Shown here: one piece after another, positions 1-9,766 of the stretch
Layout: every line of letters starts with the position of its first letter
Position numbering within the stretch: position 1 is the stretch's first letter
Source: Candidatus Anstonellales archaeon
GTDB lineage: Archaea; Micrarchaeota; Micrarchaeia; Anstonellales; J096
Direction of reading: 5' to 3'
DNA length: 64,000 bases
Assembly (NCBI GenBank): GCA_038890615.1
Contig: JAWAFI010000002.1
Coordinates: 27,815-91,814, forward strand
Program-made: the position numbers and the translations under genes
Notes under the pieces: model-generated
Told to the model about the DNA's origin: nothing
Database searches by the model: none
The model's input: only the letters and a program-made list of their open reading frames with translations

Positions 1-356
1 GCAAGGAGAAGCGCAAATAGCGGGATGAATAGCGGAAAGAACATGTATAAAGCAAAGAGAATCGCTGCAGAGAGAAAGAAAAGGGCATATGCGCCTATAA
101 CCTTTGCAGTGTAAAGCAGCAGCTCGTTAAATGTTGTGGTTGTGCCAGTGTATATCATATGAATGCTTTTTGCCACTGAAGTGCGCACGAAAATATGGCA
201 TATTAGAAAAATAATGGTTAGCACTTGGGAAAAAATAGAAAAAACATCCTGCGCAAAAAGCAGAAAAACCAAAATTGAAAGAAGGTTGAAAGCTGCAAAA
301 AGCAGGGAGAGTGCTAGGAGCTTCTTAAAATTCTTTTTCAGCACTTCAAAAAACAT
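1..356 (-). CDS. Hypothetical multi-pass membrane protein (partial, runs off window start)
   Basis: Manually translated open frame from ATG at 356 (MFFEVLKKNFKKLLALSLLFAAFNLL...), highly hydrophobic with no stop to position 1; not in the ORF track. Confidence 0.7.
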   Translation of the reverse strand, partial: MFFEVLKKNFKKLLALSLLFAAFNLLSILVFLLFAQDVFSIFSQVLTIIFLICHIFVRTSVAKSIHMIYTGTTTTFNELLLYTAKVIGAYALFFLSAAILFALYMFFPLFIPLFALLL

Positions 357-407
357 ATAGATGCAAGGGAAAGGTATTTAAAAAGATTTTCCAAGGTATT
401 AGATATC

Positions 408-480
408 GGGGAAGTGGGCCAACCTGGTATGCTGCCAGCTTTGGGAGCTGGTGATTCGAGTTCAAATCTCGGCTTCCCCA
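408..480 (+). tRNA. tRNA-Pro (TGG)
   Basis: Acceptor GGGGAAG/CTTCCCC, anticodon arm CCAGC-TTTGGGA-GCTGG, T-loop TTCAAAT; TATA-like TTTAAAAAG about 25-30 nt upstream. Confidence 0.95.
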
Positions 481-481
481 T

Positions 482-1201
482 ATGGACGACGAGCTTATAA
501 TTAGGGATGGGAATAGGGGATTAGGGGTAAGGTTCAACCTTGAAGGCAAAGCAGAGCAGGAGTTCTGCTATGCTATGGCCTATGCAATACCTGTGTTTGG
601 AAGCATGGCATTTGATTTTTCAGGAATTGAGAATAAAGGGGCAAAGAGTGCTGAGGGCCTTTTAGAACTCCTTAAGTCAAAGCCATCCAACCCATTGCTT
701 AAGGAAGTGCAGGAAACTGCTTACATATGGAATACCTTGGAAGCAATGGGCATACGCCATCTTCCAAAGCCAGAAGATTATGGATTCGTTCAGCACGAGA
801 AGGTGGAGGCAAAGGATGAGATAGGGCTAATCGTGAAGTATAAAGGGTGGATAAGCGTCAAAAAAGTTGGAACAGAGGCAGAAGACTGGGAAAGGGCATT
901 CCTTGCTGCTGGCATAGTTGAAAGCATAGTCAGGAAGCTTTGGGAGGCGTCTGGTTTTAAAGAGGCAGAAGTAGGGAGGAAAGATAAGAAAGCTCTTGCA
1001 AAGGCAATAGAAGAGGCAAAAGGCAAAGAAGGGCTTGCAGGGGCATACGAAACTTACAAAGCCGTTAGGGAGGCAGGCTACAGCGCTTATGCCCTTGAGG
1101 ATTTTTATTTCAAATACCTATACAAAGAGCACCCTGAAATAAAGGATATACTCAGTAGGAAGAAGAGGGCCAAGAAGAAGGCGCTCAAGATGGTTGAATG
1201 A
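482..1201 (+). CDS. Conserved archaeal hypothetical protein, possibly DUF2666-like
   Basis: 239 aa ORF; the segment IVKYKGWISVKKV...ERAFLAAGIVES resembles DUF2666 from memory; overlaps the next gene by ATGA. Confidence 0.5.
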   Translation: MDDELIIRDGNRGLGVRFNLEGKAEQEFCYAMAYAIPVFGSMAFDFSGIENKGAKSAEGLLELLKSKPSNPLLKEVQETAYIWNTLEAMGIRHLPKPEDYGFVQHEKVEAKDEIGLIVKYKGWISVKKVGTEAEDWERAFLAAGIVESIVRKLWEASGFKEAEVGRKDKKALAKAIEEAKGKEGLAGAYETYKAVREAGYSAYALEDFYFKYLYKEHPEIKDILSRKKRAKKKALKMVE

Positions 1202-2451
1202 GGGCAACTTTTTACGGCGGCGCGGGAGAGATAGGAAGAAGCTGCATACAGGCAGGTGATATGCTGCTAGATGCAGGGATAAAGCTTGGAAAGGCAAACG
1301 AATTCCCAGCAATAGGGACATTGGATGGAATAAGCAAAATAATAGTGACCCATGCTCATTTAGACCACTGCGGCTACTTGGCACACCTAAGCAATGAGAT
1401 TGCGGAAAAGGATATAATAACCACCCCTCCAACAAAAGATCTTATGGGGCTATTGCTGTCAGATTACGCCTCATTAGCAGAAGACATAGGCCCAGGCGCA
1501 GTTGAGGCTGTAATGAGAGCTACTAAAACAATAAATTTCCACAAGATAATAAGGAATGATGGCAGGATAAGGCTGCACAGGGCAGGCCACATACTTGGTG
1601 CTGCGATGGTTGAGATAAACAATGGTGGAAAAACAATAATTTACACCGGGGACATGAACAACAGAGGAGGCAAGACAATAGCAGGCTGTGAAAGGATAAG
1701 AAAGGCAGACACGCTGATAATAGAAGGAACGTATTGTTTAGAAGACAGGAAGCCAATTAAGGCAGTTTCAGGCGAATTTGAGAGGAAAATAAGGGAAGTC
1801 ATTGGAAGAGGGGGCACAATACTGATACCTGTTTTTGCAGTTGGAAGGGGGGAGGAAATACTTTTGACACTTCATGATATGGCGAAAAGAGGCACTCTGA
1901 AAGCTAAAATATATGTTGATGGTATGGTCAAGAAAGCTTACAATGTTTACAGGCAAAACATACTTTATGCCAGGAAATCGCTGATTTCAAGGATACTCCT
2001 TAGCGATGATGACCCTTTCAAGAGCCCCTATTTCATTATACCCAAAACCATGGACAAGAGCGATGTTGAAGGTGGTGTCATAGTCACAACCTCTGGAATG
2101 CTTACAGGAGGGCCAATTGTACAATACCTCAAAAGATTTGGAGGTGATGAAAACAACGCAGTGGTGCTCACTGGTTACCAGGCAGAAGGCACTCCTGGAA
2201 GGCAACTGCTTGATGGAATGAAAAAGGTGGAAATAGGGGGGGAGAATATTGAGGTAAGGGCGCAGGTCTGGCAGGCAGACTTCTCGGGGCATGCAGACAG
2301 GAATGGCCTAATATCCTTTGTGAAAGGAATAAAGGGGCTGAAAAAGATAGTGCTTGTGCATGGGGAAAGGGGCAAAATGGAGAAATTTGCAGAAGAGTTA
2401 AAGGAATACGAAGTTGAGATACCTCAGCAGTTTGATGAGGTTGACTTGTAG
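1198..2451 (+). CDS. Beta-CASP metallo-beta-lactamase ribonuclease (aCPSF-type, no KH domains)
   Basis: GGAGEIGRSC, THAHLDH, AGHILG, YTGD, EGTY, FAVGR, SGML, FSGHAD and LVHGE motifs. Confidence 0.9.
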   Translation: MRATFYGGAGEIGRSCIQAGDMLLDAGIKLGKANEFPAIGTLDGISKIIVTHAHLDHCGYLAHLSNEIAEKDIITTPPTKDLMGLLLSDYASLAEDIGPGAVEAVMRATKTINFHKIIRNDGRIRLHRAGHILGAAMVEINNGGKTIIYTGDMNNRGGKTIAGCERIRKADTLIIEGTYCLEDRKPIKAVSGEFERKIREVIGRGGTILIPVFAVGRGEEILLTLHDMAKRGTLKAKIYVDGMVKKAYNVYRQNILYARKSLISRILLSDDDPFKSPYFIIPKTMDKSDVEGGVIVTTSGMLTGGPIVQYLKRFGGDENNAVVLTGYQAEGTPGRQLLDGMKKVEIGGENIEVRAQVWQADFSGHADRNGLISFVKGIKGLKKIVLVHGERGKMEKFAEELKEYEVEIPQQFDEVDL

Positions 2452-3005
2452 GAGCTCCCGTTCTTTTCAACTATCACGCAGATGGAAGAGTCGCCCTTCC
2501 TAGATGTCCATGTTACATACCACTTTCCATCCCTAAATATAACCTCTGGCATTGCTTGGTAAGAATCTATGTAAGATGAGATCTCAGCAGTTGGGTAAAG
2601 CTTGTGGGATGCTATTATTGCCTCCTCTGGGAAAAGTATGCTGCAATGCTCTGCTATGCAAAGCTGGCACCTTTCAGTTATCACTTCTGGGGGCTGGGGC
2701 ACAAAGTTCTGCTCAGGGTAATTGTAGTATAGGTGAATCCTTGAAGGGCATTTTGTCTGCAAACCCCAGCTAACCCTGACCTTAACCTCATAATAATCCC
2801 CTTTTGAACTGTATTTCTTGTCCATAGAAACGACTTCTATTACCTCAGCCTGAGGGTATTTCACTGCAGCGTCTTCTATAACATAGTTCCTTATGTCCTC
2901 CTCCACTACATAATCAGGAAGGAATGGCTTTATCAGCAATATCGTTAAAGCCATAATCAGAAGAAGCAAAGCAATGTGCTCTATCCTTATTTTTTCCCTT
3001 TTCAT
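2424..3005 (-). CDS. Hypothetical protein with N-terminal membrane anchor and Cys-containing extracellular domain
   Basis: 193 aa ORF, hydrophobic N-terminal helix, ATGA overlap with the upstream gene. Confidence 0.7.
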   Translation of the reverse strand: MKREKIRIEHIALLLLIMALTILLIKPFLPDYVVEEDIRNYVIEDAAVKYPQAEVIEVVSMDKKYSSKGDYYEVKVRVSWGLQTKCPSRIHLYYNYPEQNFVPQPPEVITERCQLCIAEHCSILFPEEAIIASHKLYPTAEISSYIDSYQAMPEVIFRDGKWYVTWTSRKGDSSICVIVEKNGSSYKSTSSNC

Positions 3006-4507
3006 TTCTTCATGCTCTTGAGTTTTTGTGATTTCCTGAAAATAGTGACTTTAGATTTTTCAATCTCCTTGCTAAGGTCCGCAGGCTTTCCAGAAGCTAA
3101 GTCCTTTGCCTTTGTGAGAAGTTCTTTCAAGTAAGCCTGCAACTCTTCTACTTGGCTCTCAATAAGCTTTTCTTTCTGCACCATCTCTTCGCCCTTCTCT
3201 ACATATTCCTTCATTAAGGCATTTAGGTTCTGCTCATAAAGGTAGACCGTGCTCTTTTCCTTTCCAGAAACCACATTCTCTACTACTTCCTGCGTTTCGG
3301 CAACATCCTTCTCAATCTCAGCGATAAGGTTCTCATAATCATTGTAATAGTTTAGCACTTCCTTTTCAAGCTGCTTTGTATTCTCGATCTGCTTTAGGAT
3401 GTCATCAAGGTTTTCCTTCCTTCTCCTTGTACTCTCCCTAAGCATGTCTATCCTATCGCTTAGCTCCAGCCTGACTTTTGCCATTGAGGATACCGCCCTG
3501 TCTGCCTCTTCAGCCCTTGCCTGCACTTCTGAAACAGTCGAGCGTATTGAATCTACCTTTGCCCTAAGCTCTTTCTCCTTTTCCATAAGGTTCTTGTACT
3601 CTTTTTCTACTGTTTCAATAAGCTTCTCCTCGTCCCTCATTGCGTCATTTATGCTCTTTTTCTGGTCATTCACTTCCTTCATAAGTTCAGCAACTTCTTT
3701 TTTAACAGAATCAAGAAGCTCCTTTATAAGCCCCATCTCATGCTGGGCTTTTTTCTCTATTTTCTCCACAAGGCTTGCGTACTTAGCAACCTTCTCGTAT
3801 TTCTCAGGAAGGGACGCCACTCTGTCCTGCAAAGAAAGGATCAGCTGCTCTTTTTCCATCACCTTCTCTGCTATCTTGTCTGCCTTTGCTTGGGTAAGCG
3901 CTTGAAGCTCTGCAAACTCATCAGTATAAAGCTTTTCCTTCTTCTCCTTTAGTTTAGAAAGCTCCCCTTTTACCCTGTTTATCTCATCCAAATATTCCCT
4001 GAGGGAAGTAAGAGCCTTTTTCTTTTTGTCCTTGATTTCATCCTTCTGTTTTTGAACATCTTCCTCTTTCGGCTGCTCAGCCCATTCTGGCTCCTCTGGC
4101 TGGGCCTCTGCCTTCCTCACAACCATCTGCTTCTTCTCAGCAGGAGGCTTGGTTGTGCCTAGCTTTATGACTTTCACTTCTTCTGGCTTCTTCTTTTCGG
4201 CTTTCTTTGGCTTCTTCTTTTCGGCTTTCTTTGGCTTCTCGGCTTTCTTTGGCTTCTCCTTCTGCGGTTTCGCGGCCTCAACCGGCGGCTTCTTTGCCTC
4301 AACAGCTTTCCTTTCATGGCCAAGCCACTCAACATATGTCTTTGTAAGGGTGTAGTAGATGCGCACATAACCTTCTGCCTCAAGAACCTTTATCCAATAC
4401 TTCACTTCATCAAATCCCCTGTTCAGCTCATTTGCTATTTCAGAAAGCTCCAGCTTCTTCTTTTTGGATATTAATTCTATGAGCCTGTCTACATCTGTGG
4501 TTATCAT
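3002..4507 (-). CDS. Winged-helix-like N-terminus plus long coiled-coil protein
   Basis: ITTDVDRLIELI...WIKVLEAEGYVRIYY head, PKKAEK low-complexity linker, heptad-rich E/K tail of about 330 aa. Confidence 0.75.
   Translation of the reverse strand: MITTDVDRLIELISKKKKLELSEIANELNRGFDEVKYWIKVLEAEGYVRIYYTLTKTYVEWLGHERKAVEAKKPPVEAAKPQKEKPKKAEKPKKAEKKKPKKAEKKKPEEVKVIKLGTTKPPAEKKQMVVRKAEAQPEEPEWAEQPKEEDVQKQKDEIKDKKKKALTSLREYLDEINRVKGELSKLKEKKEKLYTDEFAELQALTQAKADKIAEKVMEKEQLILSLQDRVASLPEKYEKVAKYASLVEKIEKKAQHEMGLIKELLDSVKKEVAELMKEVNDQKKSINDAMRDEEKLIETVEKEYKNLMEKEKELRAKVDSIRSTVSEVQARAEEADRAVSSMAKVRLELSDRIDMLRESTRRRKENLDDILKQIENTKQLEKEVLNYYNDYENLIAEIEKDVAETQEVVENVVSGKEKSTVYLYEQNLNALMKEYVEKGEEMVQKEKLIESQVEELQAYLKELLTKAKDLASGKPADLSKEIEKSKVTIFRKSQKLKSMKK
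4184..4258. repeat. Short tandem coding repeat (TCGGCTTTCTTTGGCTTC x3), encoding PKKAEK(KK) units
   Basis: Copies visible at about 4197, 4221 and 4239. Confidence 0.8.
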
Positions 4508-5034
4508 GCTGCCACCCTACTTGAAACCTTTATTTTATAAGCGCCCGACATCTTCTTTGGTGCCTTAAGCAATGACTCCCTTACCTTGCTTTCGTACTGC
4601 TTGTATGTTGAAACGACAAAAACAGGCCTTCCCTTGTATATCCTTGCAGCCCTGCTAGTAGGCTTCCCGAACGATCTCCTCATCCCCTGCTGAATCCTGT
4701 CTGCTCCTGCGGTAGCAACCATCCTGTTTTCCCTTATAACATGATGTGGGTACTGCATCACAATGAAGTAATAGTTCCCAGGAGCGGCCTTTTCAAGATA
4801 TCGGTTAACTGCTTGCCTTGCGCTTTCCAAAGAGTTGTCCCTTACTATAACATCCTTTTGAGCAACCAGCTCAAGTGTCAAATCATAATCTTCCTTCTTT
4901 GTCCCCATAACAAACTGGTTGAGGTGCCTATGGGGAAGCGACTTTATGTAAGACTTCCTTGGCTTGCTTTTTGAAAACCTAGTCCAAGCTACTTTGTCCA
5001 TATCCCTTACGCAGCTAGCAGGTCTTAAAGCCAT
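4504..5034 (-). CDS. rpl10e: 50S ribosomal protein uL16 (L10e)
   Basis: MALRPA..., LESARQAVNRYL, YPHHVIREN, AGADRIQQGMRRSFGKP motifs. Confidence 0.95.
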   Translation of the reverse strand: MALRPASCVRDMDKVAWTRFSKSKPRKSYIKSLPHRHLNQFVMGTKKEDYDLTLELVAQKDVIVRDNSLESARQAVNRYLEKAAPGNYYFIVMQYPHHVIRENRMVATAGADRIQQGMRRSFGKPTSRAARIYKGRPVFVVSTYKQYESKVRESLLKAPKKMSGAYKIKVSSRVAA

Positions 5035-5162
5035 AAGAACACCTTTTATTATAAAATACGAGGGGTTTTAAAAAGCTTCTTTTTAAGGATAACCTATGAG
5101 AGAGAAAAAGTATGAAAGAATTTTCAAATTAGATAAGAAAAGGCAAATAAAAATATGAAGTT

Positions 5163-5672
5163 TTATTCAACTTTTTTGCGAAAATTGGCAAAGGCATTCT
5201 CAATGGAGGAGCGGAAGGGGTGGTTTTCGTTAACCTTCAGGAATGAAAGCAGCAGTAAGAGCTCTGCCTTCTCCTTCCCAAGCCCCCTGCTCATAAGGTA
5301 GTTTAGCGCCTGCTGGTCAATATTGTAAATATAGGCCTTGTGGCTTGCACTTGCCTGACCGCCTTTGATTTCAATAGAAGGCGAAAAGGAAACCATGCCT
5401 CCTGCAAGGAATGCTGCCTGCTCTATTGAAAGTGAAGATCCTTTGGAGCCCTTCCCAATCCTTCCTATAGCCAAGAGGTCTGCATTAGCAAATGAAACCC
5501 CACGCATGGAAACAGATGCAGATGAGTTTTCAAGTAGCGAAAGGTCAACGCTTATTTTTATCCCTTTCAAGCCAAGGAAAATTACTTCCAAGCCATATTC
5601 ACCCTTTACCTCCCCTTCAATAGAAATGCTTTCTGTTGCATAAATGGTTTGGTTCCCTGAAAGCGCAGTCAT
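5163..5672 (-). CDS. sufD: Short SufD-like Fe-S assembly protein
   Basis: C-terminal SufBD motif (PSIEI...ASHKA...YLMSRGL); only 169 aa; directly downstream of sufB. Confidence 0.7.
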   Translation of the reverse strand: MTALSGNQTIYATESISIEGEVKGEYGLEVIFLGLKGIKISVDLSLLENSSASVSMRGVSFANADLLAIGRIGKGSKGSSLSIEQAAFLAGGMVSFSPSIEIKGGQASASHKAYIYNIDQQALNYLMSRGLGKEKAELLLLLSFLKVNENHPFRSSIENAFANFRKKVE

Positions 5673-7000
5673 GGTTCCCCCCCTATATCTGTTTGCAAAA
5701 GCCTGTTGAACTCTATTGCATACTCAAAAGGAAGCTCAGCTATGAAATCGTCTGCAAAGCCCAGTACCAGCAGCTTCTGGGCTGCTCCCCTGCCAAGCCC
5801 CCTGCTCATAAGGTAGTGAATCTTTTCTTCCTCAATAGCTCCTATTGTTGCTTCGTGCCTAAGTTCAATGTTCCCGCCTACTGCTATCTTTGGGTAGGTG
5901 GCAGCTGATGATTCAGGGCAAACCAAAAGGGACGAGCAGTTTACAATGCATTTGCTCCTTGCTGCGCTTTCTGAAGAGGTTATCAGGGCTCTGTAGTTTG
6001 CGCACCCATTCCCCTGCGAAATGCTTTTAGAGACAACTTCAGAAGAAGTATCTTCTCCTATATGGGATATTTTCGCCCCCGTGTCAATGCACTGCCCTTC
6101 GCCAGCGTATGCAATTGAAAGAAGCCTACCAGAAGACCTTTTCCCCTGAAGCACTATTGAAGGGTATTTCATAGTTACCTTGCTGCCTATGTTGCCATCT
6201 ATCCAATCTATCTGCGCACCGTCGTAAGCAATGGCTTTCTTAGTAACAAGGTTGTAAACATTCTTGGCCCAGTTCTGCACTGTAATATACTTCACCTTTG
6301 CATCCTGCTTTGCTATTATCTCAACGACCCCTGAATGCAAGGAATAAGTTGGATAGGCTGGTGCAGTGCATCCTTCTATGTAAGTTAGTGAAGAGCCGCT
6401 TTCTGCGACTATCAGTGTGCGCTCAAACTGGCCTAGGCCCATAGTGCTTATGCAGAAGTACGCCTGAAGAGGCATATTGACTTCCACCCCTTTTGGCACA
6501 TAGACAAAGGCGCCGCCGCTCCACATCGCTGTATTAAGTGCTGCAAACTTGTTGCTTGAAGGAGGTATCAGGGTGCCAAAATACTTTCTCACAATATCAG
6601 GATGTTCTTTCAGCGCAGTGTCCATGTCTGTAAGTATTACTCCTTGCTTTTCCCACTCCTTCTTTATGCTGTCGTAGATAACAGTTGAATCATACTGCGC
6701 TTCAACCCCTGCAAGAAATTTCCGCTCTGCTTCAGGTATTCCAAGCTTTTCAAACGATTCCTTAATCTCATCAGGCACCTCGCTCCACTCCCTACCTTTC
6801 CCATCAAATAAAGAAGAAAAATAAGTAAGCTTGCTGAAATCTATGCCTTCAAGGGAAGGGCCCCACTTTGGAAGCTGGGCTGAACAGAAAATTTCATAGG
6901 CGTGGAGCCTTTTTTCCCTCATCCATGCTGGCTCCCCCTTTAGAGAGGACAGCTCTGCAACTTTTTCCCTGTCAATTCCAGAAGCAAATTTGGTAGGCAC
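5669..7000 (-). CDS. sufB: Fe-S cluster assembly protein SufB
   Basis: EPAWM, FEKLGIPEAERKFLAG, GQFERTLIVA, YIEGCTAP, GNIGSKVTMKYPS, YLMSRGL. Confidence 0.95.
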   Translation of the reverse strand: MPTKFASGIDREKVAELSSLKGEPAWMREKRLHAYEIFCSAQLPKWGPSLEGIDFSKLTYFSSLFDGKGREWSEVPDEIKESFEKLGIPEAERKFLAGVEAQYDSTVIYDSIKKEWEKQGVILTDMDTALKEHPDIVRKYFGTLIPPSSNKFAALNTAMWSGGAFVYVPKGVEVNMPLQAYFCISTMGLGQFERTLIVAESGSSLTYIEGCTAPAYPTYSLHSGVVEIIAKQDAKVKYITVQNWAKNVYNLVTKKAIAYDGAQIDWIDGNIGSKVTMKYPSIVLQGKRSSGRLLSIAYAGEGQCIDTGAKISHIGEDTSSEVVSKSISQGNGCANYRALITSSESAARSKCIVNCSSLLVCPESSAATYPKIAVGGNIELRHEATIGAIEEEKIHYLMSRGLGRGAAQKLLVLGFADDFIAELPFEYAIEFNRLLQTDIGGEP

Positions 7001-7091
7001 AACCGCTCTTCTACTTAAAGGTTTAAAAAAGAGCAGATTAAATTTTGCACAAAATAGTTAAATATTTAAATACTCTTATTTAACCATTAGC

Positions 7092-7511
7092 ATGCTTGAC
7101 CAAAAAGACAGGCATATTTTAAACTCCCTTGAAGCAGATGCAAAAACTACGCTCAATAAGCTTTCAAAAGAATTAGGCATAAGCATCACTGCGGTAAGGA
7201 GGAGGGTTGCAAGGCTGGAGAAGAGTGGCATCATAGAGGGCTACAAGGCAGTTGTGAACAAGCGCCTCTTGGGGATAAGGACTGCGATAGTTTGCATAAG
7301 CACAAAGGAAGGAAGTTATTTAGATGTGATGATGGCACTAAAGAACTACCGCCATGTCAGGAAGGCAACACCTGCACACGGAGATGGAAACATACTAGCA
7401 GTAATTGAAGGGCAAAGCTCTAAGGAGGTTCAGGATGCAATAGCCAGAATAAAAGGGATTGCTGGAATAAAGAAAGCCAATATGCTAATAATAGAGGAGG
7501 CGCTTGCATGA
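7092..7511 (+). CDS. Lrp/AsnC family transcriptional regulator
   Basis: LDQKDRHILNSLEADAK...LGISITAVRRRVARLEKSGIIEGY helix-turn-helix. Confidence 0.9.
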   Translation: MLDQKDRHILNSLEADAKTTLNKLSKELGISITAVRRRVARLEKSGIIEGYKAVVNKRLLGIRTAIVCISTKEGSYLDVMMALKNYRHVRKATPAHGDGNILAVIEGQSSKEVQDAIARIKGIAGIKKANMLIIEEALA

Positions 7512-8221
7512 GCCTGCTTGAGGTAAGGGGCCTTTCAGTAAGCTCAGGGGGGAATGAGATAATAAGCGATGTCTCGATAGAGGTTAGGAAGGGTGAAATA
7601 GTTGCGCTAATAGGCCCAAATGGGAGCGGAAAGAGCACGCTATGCAACGCAATTGCAGGCAAACCTTATGATGTAATTGGCAGCATATATTTTGAAGGAA
7701 GGGATATATTGAAAGATGGGGCAGATAAAAGGGCAAGGATGGGCATTTTGCTTGTGCACCAAAGCATGCCTATGCTTGAAGGCATAAAGCTGAGGACGCT
7801 GCTAAGCTGGCTTTCTGAGGTGCACGGTGAAGGAATAATAGAGAAAGCAGAGAAAAACGCTGCCAAGGTAGGATTTGGCAAGGAGGAATTTGAAAAGGAT
7901 ATTGCCAAGCTTTCAGGAGGGGAAAGAAAAAGGATGGAGATGCTGCTCATGGTCTCCCTGCCATCAAAGCTGGTTATTATTGACGAGCTGGATTCTGGGC
8001 TTGACATAGATGGGCTGAGGGTTGCCTCTGAAATAATAGAGAATATGAAAAAAGAGGAGAAGGGTATATTGATAGTATCCCACTACCCTTTCATCCTTGA
8101 GAGGCTTCAGCCAGACAGGGTTTACCTTATGGAAAGCGGAAGGATAAAAAAGAGCGGTGGTATGGAGATTGTGAAAGGGATAAAGGAAAAAGGATATTTG
8201 AGGGATGAAAATGGATGTTAA
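7508..8221 (+). CDS. sufC: Fe-S assembly ABC ATPase SufC
   Basis: GPNGSGKST, LSGGERKR, DELDSGLDID, SHY; SUF gene context. Confidence 0.92.
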   Translation: MSLLEVRGLSVSSGGNEIISDVSIEVRKGEIVALIGPNGSGKSTLCNAIAGKPYDVIGSIYFEGRDILKDGADKRARMGILLVHQSMPMLEGIKLRTLLSWLSEVHGEGIIEKAEKNAAKVGFGKEEFEKDIAKLSGGERKRMEMLLMVSLPSKLVIIDELDSGLDIDGLRVASEIIENMKKEEKGILIVSHYPFILERLQPDRVYLMESGRIKKSGGMEIVKGIKEKGYLRDENGC

Positions 8222-9395
8222 GAAAATAAGGGAGGACTTCCCTATATTAAAAGAAGTCATCTATTTTGACAACGGGGCAACAAGCCAGAAGCCAATTAGC
8301 GTAATAAACGCGGTTAGCAATTTTTACAAAGAAACTAATGCTAATGTCCACAGAGGGCTTCACAGGCTTTCTGAAAAAGCTACCCTCCTTTACGAAAAGT
8401 CAAAGGAGGAGGTGGCATCTTTTATAAGGGCAGAAAAGAATGAAATCATATACACGAGGAACGCCACCGAGGGCTTCAACCTCCTTATGTACTCTTGGGG
8501 GATGGAGAATGTAAAGGAAGGCGATGATATTGTCATAAGCATCGCAGAGCACCACAGCAACATGCTCCCGTGGAGGACCCTTGCTGAGAAAAAAGGAGCA
8601 ACATTGAAGTACATAGATGTTGATGAGGAAGGAAATTTCAATAAAAGAGATATTGAAAAGATTAGCAGGAAGACAAAAATATTGGCGCTTACCATGCAGT
8701 CAAATGTAATAGGGAAGAAGAGCAACTTCCATGATTTTGTAAAGGCAGGAAAGGAAAGCGGGGCATTTGTGGTTCTTGATGGGGCGCAGTATGTACCCCA
8801 CCACAAGCTTGATGTAAGGAAAACAGAAGCAGATGCAATAGCATTCACAGGCCACAAGATGCTTGCAGAAACAGGAATAGGAGTACTATGGGTAAAAAAG
8901 GAGTGGCTTGAAAAAATGGGGCCATTCATGTATGGAGGGGATATGATAAAAGAGGCAAGCTTAAGCAGGGTTACTTGGAATGAGCTGCCTTACAAGTTTG
9001 AGGCAGGAACGCCACACATTTCAGGGGCAATATCAATTGGAGAAGCAGTAAAATACCTAAAGGCGATCGGCATGGAGAACATAGAAGAGCACGAGAAAAA
9101 GCTTGCTTCAAAGCTAGTAGGGGCAATAGAAGGGGCTGGCCTTGACATTATAGGGGGCAAAGACAAGGAATGCCTTGCGAGCTTTACATCTGAAAAGATA
9201 CACCCCCACGACTTGGCTGCCCTTCTTTCAGAATACAACATAGCAGTAAGGAGCGGCTTCCACTGCGCCCAGCCCCTCCATGAGAGGTATGGAAAGAAAA
9301 ATGGGAGCACCAGGGCGAGCCTTTACTTCTACAATACAGAGGAAGAGGTCAAGGTTTTTGGAGAACGGCTCCAGGAAACAATGGGGATGCTCTGA
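8205..9395 (+). CDS. sufS: Cysteine desulfurase SufS
   Basis: IREDFPIL, YFDNGATSQKP, NANVHRG, GHKM, KFEAGTP, RSGFHCAQP. Confidence 0.95.
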   Translation: MKMDVKKIREDFPILKEVIYFDNGATSQKPISVINAVSNFYKETNANVHRGLHRLSEKATLLYEKSKEEVASFIRAEKNEIIYTRNATEGFNLLMYSWGMENVKEGDDIVISIAEHHSNMLPWRTLAEKKGATLKYIDVDEEGNFNKRDIEKISRKTKILALTMQSNVIGKKSNFHDFVKAGKESGAFVVLDGAQYVPHHKLDVRKTEADAIAFTGHKMLAETGIGVLWVKKEWLEKMGPFMYGGDMIKEASLSRVTWNELPYKFEAGTPHISGAISIGEAVKYLKAIGMENIEEHEKKLASKLVGAIEGAGLDIIGGKDKECLASFTSEKIHPHDLAALLSEYNIAVRSGFHCAQPLHERYGKKNGSTRASLYFYNTEEEVKVFGERLQETMGML

Positions 9396-9766
9396 TGGAC
9401 AAAGAAGAGATGTTCAGGATCTACAGGCAAAGGAAGAATTTCAGAAAGGTGGATGGGTTAAGGCTGGAAGGGGCAAACCCCCTATGCGGGGACTCTTTTG
9501 CCTTAAGCATCAAGGTTAAAAAAGGAGTAATCAAGGATGTTGGCATTGAAGGAAGCGGTTGCATGCTGAGCAGCGTTTCTGCATCTCTTCTTGCTGAATA
9601 CCTTAAGGGAAAAAAGGTTGAAGAGGCAAAAAAGCTTAAAGAAGATGATATGTACAGAATAGTGGGAATTGACATGAGCCACAACCCTGTCAGGGCAAAG
9701 TGCCTCTTGCTCCCACTGCACATTTTAAAAACGATGGGAATGAACAACAATTATGAAAAGAATTAA
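9395..9766 (+). CDS. sufU: SufU/IscU-type scaffold or sulfur-transfer protein
   Basis: NPLCGD, GSGC, RAKC motifs; follows sufS. Confidence 0.88.
   Translation: MDKEEMFRIYRQRKNFRKVDGLRLEGANPLCGDSFALSIKVKKGVIKDVGIEGSGCMLSSVSASLLAEYLKGKKVEEAKKLKEDDMYRIVGIDMSHNPVRAKCLLLPLHILKTMGMNNNYEKN

Noticed and set aside
163..549. ORFs 163-360 (+) and 346-549 (-)
   Set aside because: They overlap the minus-strand membrane protein frame and tRNA-Pro respectively
3002..4507. SMC/Rad50 assignment for the coiled-coil protein
   Set aside because: No Walker A/B, signature motif or CxxC hook
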